Shown here: piece by piece, positions 50,999-59,592 of the stretch
How the letters are laid out: each line of letters starts with the position of its first letter
Numbering within the stretch: position 1 is the stretch's first letter
Assembly: GCA_021801385.1 (NCBI GenBank)
Contig: JAJYYC010000002.1
Location: forward strand, 45,238 to 109,237
DNA from: Candidatus Micrarchaeota archaeon
GTDB lineage: Archaea; Micrarchaeota; Micrarchaeia; Micrarchaeales; Micrarchaeaceae
Length of the DNA stretch: 64,000 bases
Direction of reading: 5' to 3'
Translations under genes and position numbers: made by a program
Notes under the pieces: model-generated
The model's database searches: none
Told to the model about the DNA's origin: nothing
Seen by the model: only the letters and a program-made list of their open reading frames with translations

Positions 50999-51586
50999 CT
51001 ACCTTGATGCGGTTACGCTGAATGTCGCCACTTCGGTCACAGCATTTACTGCTGTTGGGGTGTCATACATCGCCCATATGCTACCCTGGAATTGTGAACC
51101 GACATGATCTCCCGTTATACCAGGATTAACACATATTGACATTGTTTGCTCTTCGCCTTGAGTAAATGTGTTGAACTGCGCTGCAACGCCGGTAAGCGTA
51201 CTCCAATAAAAGAAATCGTTTTTGTTTCCTTCGTCAGCAAAACTTGTGTCTGTTATTATTTGCCCATAAGGCATTACCGCAAAACGGGCGTTTGTCCAAT
51301 CAGAGGATGTACTACCAATTGTCACGTTTATTGATGGATAATTATAATATTCGTTATTTAACCCACAGTGGTCTTTTAGGTTCGTGCTGAATTTTATGCC
51401 TGTGCACAGATATCCTGGCGTAGCTATGCAGCTTGACGGACTGATGATCGAACTAAAAACCCCTAAAAAATATAATGATGCCAGAACAACTGCCAGGATG
51501 AGTATTGACCATCCATAGGTCATCAAGTATTCCATTGCTGACTGGGCTTTGCTAATTCTGGATTTATACTTTCCAAGAGTTGCCAT
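50999..51586 (-). CDS. archaeal type IV pilin-like protein (class III signal peptide)
   Basis: SKAQSAMEYLMTYGWSILILAVVLASLYF is a prepilin-peptidase-type leader plus hydrophobic helix. The start could be 51607 or 51586. Confidence 0.75.
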   Translation of the reverse strand: MATLGKYKSRISKAQSAMEYLMTYGWSILILAVVLASLYFLGVFSSIISPSSCIATPGYLCTGIKFSTNLKDHCGLNNEYYNYPSINVTIGSTSSDWTNARFAVMPYGQIITDTSFADEGNKNDFFYWSTLTGVAAQFNTFTQGEEQTMSICVNPGITGDHVGSQFQGSIWAMYDTPTAVNAVTEVATFSVTASR

Positions 51587-53264
51587 CCACACCCTTATTG
51601 ATGCCACAATTGTTGTTTATGACGATAGTTCCCGTTGCGGTCAAGTTGTCTTTGTTGCCAAAGCAAAAGATGTTGTTAATGGTGCCACCAAATGCGAATA
51701 TATTATTGTTCCTACCGATATACGTCTCTATTATATTTCCATCATAGGTGTCAACATTTTCATTGCTACCGAATGAATTAATTTGCAGTTTGTTTTGTGA
51801 AGTTATGTTTAGGTTATTTAGCGAACCAAATGATAATATGGTAGTGTTTCCAGTATTAATCGATGTGAGATTGTCCATACTTCCATGAAGTGATAGATAC
51901 TGATAGCCTTGAGTGTTTGTTTTTAGGATGTTGTGGCTGCCATTTGAATCGACGTATATTAGTCCGTTTCCAATTTCATTTGCGATTATCGTATCGAAGC
52001 TCCCTTGTGATGAGATTGATAACGCACCGCCACTTGAATTTACATATAAGCAGGATTTCGCTCCGTTTATATTTATCGATACAGGCCACATAGTTTTTTT
52101 GTTGATGTTGAGGTTGATGCCGCTACCTGAATAGTGGATGAATTCATATTTCATGTAATCGTTATTGGTTACAGTTATGTTTATTGGAGATCCACCTGTA
52201 CAACCTTGCTGCTGTTGCTCAGTTACCATAATAATTGCATTAGAAGTGGCAGTATTTGATGCTGAATCTGTTGCTGTCTCTGAAATTTCGTAAGTTCCCG
52301 GCTCTGTGAACGTGAATATGTTGTTACCAGTATATATCGCATTTTGTGGGATAGAATAGGAATACGAATATGGAGGTATTCCGCCAGATGTTGTGTTTGT
52401 GATTATTACATTGCCGCCAACATAGACATCTTTTTGGTATGAATTGATAGCAAAAGATAGCTGTGGTATTGTTGTGGAAGATGAGATTGTGGAGGTTGAT
52501 GTTGATGAGGAAGATGTTGTTGATGATGTTGATGTTGTTGTGGAAGATGAGGTTGTGGAGGTTGATGTTGATGAGGAAGATGTTGTTGATGATGTTGATG
52601 TTGTTGTGGAAGATGAGGTTGTGGAGGTTGATGTTGATGAGGAAGATGTTGTTGGCAGCACATTTATTGTTGCGTTCGCGGTCGCGTGTGCACCGTTCGT
52701 ATCGGTTACTGTCTCAGATATCACGTAAGTTCCCGGCTCTGTGAACGTGAATCCGTTTCCGCTCTCAATAACATTGTTTGGGATGTTTGTGTAATCAAAT
52801 GAATATGGTGGCAGACCTGTTAGAGTTATGCTTCCGTTTGCGGTGTTGTTGGTGAATGATACGCTTCCACCTGAATCTATTGTTGTTGCAGATGGAATTA
52901 AATGAAGTACAAGCTGGTAGTACAAAGAGATTAATGTAGATCCAGTACCAGTATCGCCTGCTATATCATTCACTGCCACTGATATCCCATCTGGTGAATT
53001 AGCAAACGTTGAACTGTTCGCATAGAACTTCGCTGTGCAGGATTCGTTTCCAAGGTATATTGGTGTTGATGGATTGTAAAAAGACTGGTAAGACCACAGG
53101 CAGGTATATGCACCATTCCCCCCTTGTACACTCGCTGTTATAATTGAATTTTGCCCTACATCCATTGTTGGCCTTTGTGCGGTTACAGATACTAATAGTG
53201 TCGACGCATGAACAGCATTAAACATTATGACCGATATAATAGCGATGTACAAGACATTCTTCAT
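51564..53264 (-). CDS. secreted adhesin-like protein: PKD/Ig-like modules, Ser/Thr linker repeats, beta-helix-like C-terminus
   Basis: Signal peptide MKNVLYIAIISVIMFNAVHA, duplicated FTEPGTY(V/E)ISET(V/A)TD modules, three copies of an S/T 22-aa unit, and a C-terminal N/G-rich repetitive region. Confidence 0.75.
   Translation of the reverse strand: MKNVLYIAIISVIMFNAVHASTLLVSVTAQRPTMDVGQNSIITASVQGGNGAYTCLWSYQSFYNPSTPIYLGNESCTAKFYANSSTFANSPDGISVAVNDIAGDTGTGSTLISLYYQLVLHLIPSATTIDSGGSVSFTNNTANGSITLTGLPPYSFDYTNIPNNVIESGNGFTFTEPGTYVISETVTDTNGAHATANATINVLPTTSSSSTSTSTTSSSTTTSTSSTTSSSSTSTSTTSSSTTTSTSSTTSSSSTSTSTISSSTTIPQLSFAINSYQKDVYVGGNVIITNTTSGGIPPYSYSYSIPQNAIYTGNNIFTFTEPGTYEISETATDSASNTATSNAIIMVTEQQQQGCTGGSPINITVTNNDYMKYEFIHYSGSGINLNINKKTMWPVSININGAKSCLYVNSSGGALSISSQGSFDTIIANEIGNGLIYVDSNGSHNILKTNTQGYQYLSLHGSMDNLTSINTGNTTILSFGSLNNLNITSQNKLQINSFGSNENVDTYDGNIIETYIGRNNNIFAFGGTINNIFCFGNKDNLTATGTIVINNNCGINKGVDGNSWKV
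52477..52654. repeat. 66-nt tandem repeat, about 2.7 copies, inside the adhesin-like gene
   Basis: Units start at 52477, 52543 and 52609 (gaagatgagRttgtggaggttgatgttgatgaggaagatgttgttgatgatgttgatgttgttgtg). On the minus strand they encode the Ser/Thr linker. Confidence 0.85.
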
Positions 53265-53378
53265 TAAACCGTCTTAAAATAACATTTAAGTTTTAATAAC
53301 CTTTGTCTGCATCACCGCAATCACCTAAGTGTTGTTTGTTTTTAGTTTGTGTATTTAGTCTTATTCTAATAAAATGAT

Positions 53379-54080
53379 ATGAATTTGATGGTAGCTCATT
53401 CTGTTGTTGTTGAAAACATATCAAAAGTATACGAGACGGGAGATATAAGAGTAAATGCGCTCAAGGATGTATCATTTGCACTTGAAAAGGGTGAATTTGC
53501 AGCCATCGTAGGGCCTTCGGGCAGTGGAAAATCCACACTTATGCACATACTAGGTACGATTGACAAACCAAGCTCAGGAGAGGTTTATATCGATGGGATA
53601 GCCACCTCAAAGATGGACGGCAACAAGCTTGCAGAATTCAGGAATGGAAAACTGGGCTTCGTATTCCAGGCATTCAACCTCGTTAATGGACTTACTGCGG
53701 AGATGAACGTCGAGTTGCCGCTCATGGTTAATCCTATGCCCTCATCAGAACGGAAGAACAAAGCCAGACAGCTTCTAGATTACCTTGGCCTGCACGACAG
53801 GGCATACCTTAAGCCGACACAGCTTTCTGGCGGCCAGCAACAGAGAGTTGCGGTGGCTCGTGCATTGGTCAATAACCCGTCACTCGTGCTCGCAGATGAA
53901 CCAACAGGCAATCTTGATACAAAATCTGGGGATGAAGTTATAAAGCTCTTCAAAGATATATGCAAAGACAAGAACGTTACGATTGTCATGGTCACACACA
54001 ACCCTGATATAACGAGGAAGTGTGACCGTGTCATCCATATAAAGGATGGAAGACTGGACAAAAACGAGGTTTTAAAATGA
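53379..54080 (+). CDS. ABC transporter ATP-binding protein (MacB/LolD-like)
   Basis: Walker A GPSGSGKST, signature LSGGQQQRVAVARAL and Walker B LVLADEPTGNLD. Confidence 0.9.
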   Translation: MNLMVAHSVVVENISKVYETGDIRVNALKDVSFALEKGEFAAIVGPSGSGKSTLMHILGTIDKPSSGEVYIDGIATSKMDGNKLAEFRNGKLGFVFQAFNLVNGLTAEMNVELPLMVNPMPSSERKNKARQLLDYLGLHDRAYLKPTQLSGGQQQRVAVARALVNNPSLVLADEPTGNLDTKSGDEVIKLFKDICKDKNVTIVMVTHNPDITRKCDRVIHIKDGRLDKNEVLK

Positions 54081-55330
54081 AAAATTTTTCCCCTGCACTG
54101 CTGTTTCTGTTGATCTTGCCGTCTTTGGCATTTGCCGGTACTAATGGCCCTTCTCCTGTGCCTAATCCGCCGAACTTCCAGATATCAACAACAGCGACCA
54201 CGCTTTGCAGGGGCCAACTTAATTATATACCTGTCACTGTGACAAACAAAGGCTCCGCCGCAAGCCTCGACGCACAGATGCAGAATGTCCAACTTAGCGT
54301 TACGGATAATCAATATCTACACACCTTAATCAACGGCAGCGCAAATGACGGAACGATAAACAACGGCACCAGCGCAAGCACATACATACCAGTTTTTGTT
54401 TCCTCAAACGCGAGCGCAATAATCAACATCGAGTTCAACATCAATTATTATTACTATGTTTACTATTCTGATTCCGAATCGAGAAACATGAGCTTCGGAG
54501 TACAGAGCTGCCCTTCACAGCTTTTAGTTAAAATCCCTTCAACAGAACTGATCTCAGGTGTGATTCAGAATACCAGCATAGACCTGTTTAACAATGGAAT
54601 CACTACACTCCGTAACATATCAGTCTATGTTTCGATACCGCAGACAGATGGCGCTGTGCTTACAATGCAACCGACCCAGATAAATGAAATACCAGCTAAG
54701 GGGTCTGTCTATGTGAAAGAATCGACATACATACTAAGGAACGCAAGCCAGACGTTCCCTGTGAACATAACGGTAAACTACTATAACAATTCTGTTTTGG
54801 GGCAAGTTTCTAACCAGCAAATGTTCCTTTCAAGCGGAATAATAGACATAAGCCCATCTAGCATAACAGTTTCACCTGAAACACCTTCACCCGGAAGCAT
54901 ATTCTCTGCGTCTTTCGTACTAACTGATGTCGGAACTGCTAGCGCATCTGCCGTATCTGCGACTGCCCTTCCAAAATCAGGCATATCACCATTCGGTTCT
55001 AATACCACTTTTATAGGGGATATGGCTATTGACAGCCAAACCCCTGTTACGCTGACACTCCAGGCGTCAAAAACGCTTGCCTATGGCAATTATACAATAC
55101 CAGTTATGATAACATACCTAAATGCGCTAAGACAGAATATGAGCACAATGATATATATACCGATTAAAATTGCATCTAACACCAGCGTTTCGATCGGTGC
55201 AGCATATGCAGGTAAAGGCACCCCAACGGGCAGACATGGCGGTGGAATTTTTGTGCTGCTTTTGATAATTCTTGTGATTGTGCTTGCTGTGCTCCTGTAT
55301 AGAGAGAGGAAGGCACGCCACAAAAAGTGA
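54077..55330 (+). CDS. secreted, C-terminally anchored beta-rich protein (COG1361/CARDB-like) encoded between the ABC ATPase and permease
   Basis: Signal peptide, many N-x-S/T sites, a C-terminal TM helix plus RERKARHKK. The start overlaps the ATPase stop by 4 nt. Confidence 0.65.
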   Translation: MKNFSPALLFLLILPSLAFAGTNGPSPVPNPPNFQISTTATTLCRGQLNYIPVTVTNKGSAASLDAQMQNVQLSVTDNQYLHTLINGSANDGTINNGTSASTYIPVFVSSNASAIINIEFNINYYYYVYYSDSESRNMSFGVQSCPSQLLVKIPSTELISGVIQNTSIDLFNNGITTLRNISVYVSIPQTDGAVLTMQPTQINEIPAKGSVYVKESTYILRNASQTFPVNITVNYYNNSVLGQVSNQQMFLSSGIIDISPSSITVSPETPSPGSIFSASFVLTDVGTASASAVSATALPKSGISPFGSNTTFIGDMAIDSQTPVTLTLQASKTLAYGNYTIPVMITYLNALRQNMSTMIYIPIKIASNTSVSIGAAYAGKGTPTGRHGGGIFVLLLIILVIVLAVLLYRERKARHKK

Positions 55331-55337
55331 GTGTTTA

Positions 55338-56624
55338 ATGGACTTGCAAGATGTACTTTGGCTCAGTTTGAAAGACCTCAGCGAAAAAAAGGTCAGGACA
55401 GCACTGACCATAGTAATGGTTGTCATCGGCATAGCTGCAATCATAGCACTCACTTCGCTCACAGCAGGAATAAGCAAAAGTATTGGTAGCTCGCTGTCAA
55501 CTCTAGGCCCTACATCGATAATCGTAGTACCGTCCAGCACTGAGACATTTACGGCCAGTGACGTTTCACTGCTCTCTTCGCTCCCTAATGTTACAAGCGT
55601 AACGCCTGTGATAGAAGGTTCGGCTAACCTTTATTCTGGAAACCAGAACGAATCTGTTACTGTTATAGGGGTGAGCTCAGCAGGGACGTCACACTTGTTA
55701 GGTCAAAATGAAAGCATATACCAAGGTTCCCTGTACAAGGACACGATAAACCCTTCTGCGGATATAGGATACAGCCTAGCATTCCCATCAGGTTATTCAG
55801 GTGTACAGCAGATTAATGTTGGCGAGCCTGCGACTCTCAGGATTCTAGGAAAGAATGGTGGAACAGTAAGTATATCGATAATAGGTATAATGCCTTCTGT
55901 AAGCAGCTTTATAGTGCCAGTAAATACCGGTGTATTTGTATCGCTTCAGGCGGCGGAGGTGCTGTTGCATAGATCGTCATATAGTTCCATACTTGTGACC
56001 GCTTCAAATCTAAGCTCTGTTAATGCCACTTCATCATTAATAGGCACGATATATGGAAAGGGCGCTACCGTAATAACAACATCACAGATACTTTCAACGG
56101 TCTCTTCAGTGATAGGGGGACTTGGTTTGTTGTTTGGCGCGATAGCAGGAGTATCGCTGCTTGTTGCGGCAATTGGTATAATGAACGTAATGCTGATAGC
56201 GGTTTATGAGAGAACGCACGAGATAGGAATACTTAAGGCGCTCGGTTTCAAGAGCAATAACATACTACTAATATTCATGTTCCAAGCGCTGATTATTGGA
56301 TTAATTGGCGGCGTTATAGGTATAGGCCTTGGTGCAGGCGCCGCCTACGGGTTGGCTGGCGCGCTGAGTGGCGGCTCCCCACATAATTCTACTTCTACTC
56401 ATTCAACAGCATTTTCCAATCAGCGTGGAAGCGGCGGAAATATATTTGGAGGTGGATCAGGAGGATCCGGTGGCAGTTCATCGCTACAGTTCACACCTGT
56501 ATTCCCGATTACGACAATCGTAGAGGCAATTGTTGTATCTATGATCGTGAGCGTTATTGCAGGAGTATACCCAGCATGGCGCGCCTCAAAGATGGAGCCA
56601 ATTGATGCACTTAGGGAGCTCTGA
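55338..56624 (+). CDS. ABC transporter permease, FtsX/MacB-like, with a Gly/Ser-rich insertion
   Basis: N-terminal TM, a periplasmic-type domain, then FtsX-type TM helices. The insertion GGSPHNSTSTHSTAFSNQRGSGGNIFGGGSGGSGGSSS lies before the last TM. I prefer ATG 55338. Confidence 0.85.
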   Translation: MDLQDVLWLSLKDLSEKKVRTALTIVMVVIGIAAIIALTSLTAGISKSIGSSLSTLGPTSIIVVPSSTETFTASDVSLLSSLPNVTSVTPVIEGSANLYSGNQNESVTVIGVSSAGTSHLLGQNESIYQGSLYKDTINPSADIGYSLAFPSGYSGVQQINVGEPATLRILGKNGGTVSISIIGIMPSVSSFIVPVNTGVFVSLQAAEVLLHRSSYSSILVTASNLSSVNATSSLIGTIYGKGATVITTSQILSTVSSVIGGLGLLFGAIAGVSLLVAAIGIMNVMLIAVYERTHEIGILKALGFKSNNILLIFMFQALIIGLIGGVIGIGLGAGAAYGLAGALSGGSPHNSTSTHSTAFSNQRGSGGNIFGGGSGGSGGSSSLQFTPVFPITTIVEAIVVSMIVSVIAGVYPAWRASKMEPIDALREL

Positions 56625-56686
56625 AGAGCCCAGCCTAGCAGGTTTTTATTACTTTACTGCGATATTATTACACTTATTGTGGTAGT

Positions 56687-57430
56687 ATGTTTGACATAAA
56701 GATAGATGATGCGCGTTACTGGAAGAGTTGCGTAGACTCGATTGTGAACCTTATAGATGAAGGTACGTTCAACATAACTAAAGAGGGCATAAATCTTAAG
56801 GCGCTGGATCCTTTCAGCATAAGCATGGTCTCTTTCAATATCCCAAACAAGGCTTTTTCAAAATATGAGGTTGAAAAGTCTGTAAGCGTTGGGCTTAACC
56901 TGGAAAACCTTGGCAAGATACTCTCTAGCTCAAGGCAGGGAGAATCGCTTGTGATGAAGGAGAGCACAGGAAAGCTGCTTTTGGAATTCATCGGACCGCA
57001 TAGTAAAAGGAGATACAAACTTCCGATAATAGAGGTCAAAAAGGGCGGAGAAAAGGAGCTAAATATAGAATTTGAATCCATAGTAGAGGTTAAATCTGAC
57101 TCACTTAGGGAAATTCTCAAAGATGCAAGCCTGCTATCAAAACATGTGGGCTTCAGCACTGACAAGGAATCATTTAAGGTCATAGCAAAAGGCGATGCAG
57201 GTGAACTTGAGGAGGAGCATGTTAATAATGCAGACGCTGTAAAGAAGATGAAGGTAACAAAGCCATCCAGTGTGTCATTCGATCTTGACTATCTGGAAAG
57301 GATGATCAGCGCCTGCCCTGCAGGGACTACGATGACGCTCTCGATAAAGAGCGAAGATCCTATAAAGGTTGATTATAACATCGGGGATGCACAGGTTTCA
57401 TATTTCCTGGCTCCATACATGGAAAGCTGA
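56687..57430 (+). CDS. pcn: DNA polymerase sliding clamp (PCNA)
   Basis: 247 aa. The N-terminus FDIKIDDARYWKSCVDSIVNLIDEGTFNITKEGINLKALDP follows the archaeal PCNA pattern. Confidence 0.9.
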   Translation: MFDIKIDDARYWKSCVDSIVNLIDEGTFNITKEGINLKALDPFSISMVSFNIPNKAFSKYEVEKSVSVGLNLENLGKILSSSRQGESLVMKESTGKLLLEFIGPHSKRRYKLPIIEVKKGGEKELNIEFESIVEVKSDSLREILKDASLLSKHVGFSTDKESFKVIAKGDAGELEEEHVNNADAVKKMKVTKPSSVSFDLDYLERMISACPAGTTMTLSIKSEDPIKVDYNIGDAQVSYFLAPYMES

Positions 57431-57945
57431 TGATGATGAGATTTGCTGTGTTCGTTCCTTCTAAGGATTTCAAAGACGAGTCGCTCAACATAGTAAAACT
57501 CATACTTTCTAAATCAGGAATACAGTATAGCATAGCATCTTACAGTCGCGCGTGCGTGGGCTCGCACGGAGCTTTTTGCAGATCTGATATAAATCCATCG
57601 AATGTTGTACCTTCTGAATATGATGGTTTTGTAATCATAGATGGACCAGGAATAGATGAGAGCGCCGCGTATGATTACAGGCCGCTGCTTGATACTGTTA
57701 CTGCTATGAATTCTGCTCGAAAGTACATAGTCATCATAGGAAATGCGATAAAAATACCGGCCAGAGCAAATATAATAAAGGGCAAGAAGGTTACTGTTCC
57801 TGATATAGATTCTAAACGCTTTGTGGTGCTGTTCTACGGCATACCTTCTGCTTCAGGTATTGAGATATCAGGAAACCTGATAACCGCAAAGGATTCTAAG
57901 TCTTTGGAAGCGGGAGCAGAGCAGATAATGAACGTCCTGGGGTAA
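57430..57945 (+). CDS. DJ-1/PfpI-family-like protein lacking the nucleophile Cys
   Basis: EYDGFVIIDGPG and KYIVIIGNAIKIPARANIIKGKKVT align with yDalviPGG and vaaIChgp.vLa..G..vT, so the Cys-His is replaced by Gly-Asn. The ATG overlaps the PCNA stop (TGATG). Confidence 0.55.
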   Translation: MMMRFAVFVPSKDFKDESLNIVKLILSKSGIQYSIASYSRACVGSHGAFCRSDINPSNVVPSEYDGFVIIDGPGIDESAAYDYRPLLDTVTAMNSARKYIVIIGNAIKIPARANIIKGKKVTVPDIDSKRFVVLFYGIPSASGIEISGNLITAKDSKSLEAGAEQIMNVLG

Positions 57946-58000
57946 TCCGCTGCACGGACAGAAAAGGATAGTCGTTGAGATTGCCTCTGAACGAATAAAT

Positions 58001-58261
58001 TTGCTGTTTGGCTTCGCCAACAAGGAATTAAGGCAAAGCCCTAAACTGTCAAATGCTTATATACGAACGCTTGTTAGGATAAGCGAACATTACCATATAC
58101 GAATACCTGATGATATTAGGTCGCACATATGCAAACGCTGCATGCTTCCGCTGGTTCCGGGATATAATGCTTCTTTACGAATCATTGCGTCACAGAAAAG
58201 ATGTATAATAAGATGTTCTGCATGCGGCAGAGTCATATCATCAGGTTTCAGGCACCCTTGA
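58001..58261 (+). CDS. rnp4: RNase P protein component 4 (Rpp21/Rpr2)
   Basis: Zinc ribbon CKRCMLPLVPGYN...IRCSACGRV. The conserved N-terminal helix (IASERINLLFGFA) begins upstream of the track TTG start, so the true start is unresolved. Confidence 0.75.
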   Translation: MLFGFANKELRQSPKLSNAYIRTLVRISEHYHIRIPDDIRSHICKRCMLPLVPGYNASLRIIASQKRCIIRCSACGRVISSGFRHP

Positions 58262-58970
58262 GCATCCTGCGCCTCTGCTTATAATCAGGTATGACCCTTG
58301 ATACCAACGCCCAGAACCTCTTGCCATGCCCCCTCACTTTTGTATGTGACAATTCATGCACCATAACATACTCCAACAGCTCTGGCTGCATGAATAATAG
58401 GCGCATGCTCAAGGTTATATCGTTGTTGCATGAACATACGCCCCATGTTGCAATGTTGTCTCGTATCTTTACTTTGCCTATGATGCTAGAAAACCATTTT
58501 CTGTTTATGTCCTCAAGCATATTTTTAAGATCTGGCTCGTATCGCTTTGAGATCAGCCTTCGAGCCAATATTGTGATTTTGTCCTCCCGTTTTGATTGCT
58601 CCATGCCTGCCGGAATCGATATTCTGATGTCTCCATCAAAGACCGCTGTTGCACGTTTCCTGCTCTCTTCGCTTATCAATATCTTTACCGGGCTGCCGAG
58701 CGGATATATGGTTTCTCCTTCCTTGAATACCATGTGTTCTCTTTTCTTAACAAAAGCAAGTTCAGGATGCCTCTCTACCATGCGTTTCATACGCATATGC
58801 AGCTTCTGTGCGGATTCCATCGCAATGGATCGGTTCCATGATACGGGTATCTTTATAACTACATGTCCGTCAATGATTCTGGCTCGCATGGTTCGTGAGC
58901 GTGATTCTTCTACCAATATGCCTAATTTCTTATCCGTACCAGGCACCGGTATAGGCTCGAATTCGAACAT
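58248..58970 (-). CDS. YgjP-like metal-dependent hydrolase (DUF45/COG1451)
   Basis: YVMVHELSHTKVRGHGKRFWALV matches the HExxH...H..FW motif. Confidence 0.75.
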   Translation of the reverse strand: MFEFEPIPVPGTDKKLGILVEESRSRTMRARIIDGHVVIKIPVSWNRSIAMESAQKLHMRMKRMVERHPELAFVKKREHMVFKEGETIYPLGSPVKILISEESRKRATAVFDGDIRISIPAGMEQSKREDKITILARRLISKRYEPDLKNMLEDINRKWFSSIIGKVKIRDNIATWGVCSCNNDITLSMRLLFMQPELLEYVMVHELSHTKVRGHGKRFWALVSRVIPDYKQRRRMLKGA

Positions 58971-58993
58971 CGAATCACTTCAAAAAATTAGAG

Positions 58994-59389
58994 CTATGAA
59001 AGTCTCTTTATCAAATCTTTTGCATGCTCTGCGCTTAACTCTTTGTGCACCAAAAAACCCTTCTTTGGTGTGGCGTATCTAGGCGTAACATGAATGTGAA
59101 AGTGGTCTATTATCTGACCCGCCTCTTTGCCTATATTAGTAGATACGTTAACCCCGTCTGCGCCAAGCCTTTGCTTGGCGCGTAAGGCCATCCGCTTTGC
59201 AAGTAGGAACATTTTAGATATGACTATGTCTTCCGCATCAAGCATGCTTGTGCTATGGTTCTTTGATATGATAAGCATATGACCGTCAGAAGATGGGTAT
59301 TTGTCAAGTATTACGAATGCGTTTTCGTCCTCTGTTATTATGCTCTCCTTCTGATTGTCTCGAATCTCACAAAATATGCAGGTTTGCAT
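58994..59389 (-). CDS. HIT-family nucleotide hydrolase/transferase
   Basis: Histidine triad HFHIHVTPR, plus an N-terminal C-x-F-C. Confidence 0.85.
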   Translation of the reverse strand: MQTCIFCEIRDNQKESIITEDENAFVILDKYPSSDGHMLIISKNHSTSMLDAEDIVISKMFLLAKRMALRAKQRLGADGVNVSTNIGKEAGQIIDHFHIHVTPRYATPKKGFLVHKELSAEHAKDLIKRLS

Positions 59390-59437
59390 TGAATCTAATT
59401 TATATGTGTGTTCAGCTTATAAATTTGTGTTTTTAAG

Positions 59438-59512
59438 TGGGCCTGGAGAGATTTGAACTCTCGACATCTGGCTTATAAGACCAGCGCTCTAACCAAGCTG
59501 AGCTACAAGCCC
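59438..59512 (-). tRNA. tRNA-Ile with genomic anticodon UAU
   Basis: Read by hand: GGGCTTG-TA-GCTC-AGCTTGGTTA-GAGC-G-CTGGT-CT TAT AA-GCCAG-ATGTC-GAGAG-TTCAAAT-CTCTC-CAGGCCC-A. All four stems pair. Confidence 0.85.
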
Positions 59513-59592
59513 GTTTTAGATATTATTATACGTTATGATTTAAAGTCTTCTCGGATTTAGCCCTAATCATATAATCTTCTTGATCTAGCACA

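Noticed and set aside
52477-52654. CRISPR-like array
   Set aside because: The repeats are directly tandem with no spacers, lie inside a coding region, and there are no cas genes in the window.
52444-52728. ORFs encoding an acidic DEVVEVDVDEEDVV repeat protein and a Leu/Met-rich repeat protein on the plus strand
   Set aside because: They are mirror-frame artefacts of the 66-nt tandem repeat. On the minus strand that repeat encodes the Ser/Thr linker of a protein with a signal peptide and PKD-like modules.
58291-59082. 263-aa plus-strand ORF
   Set aside because: It is antisense to two minus-strand genes with unambiguous catalytic motifs (the HELSH...FW DUF45 hydrolase and the HFHIH HIT protein). 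Its composition is Ser/Leu/Cys-rich and not protein-like.
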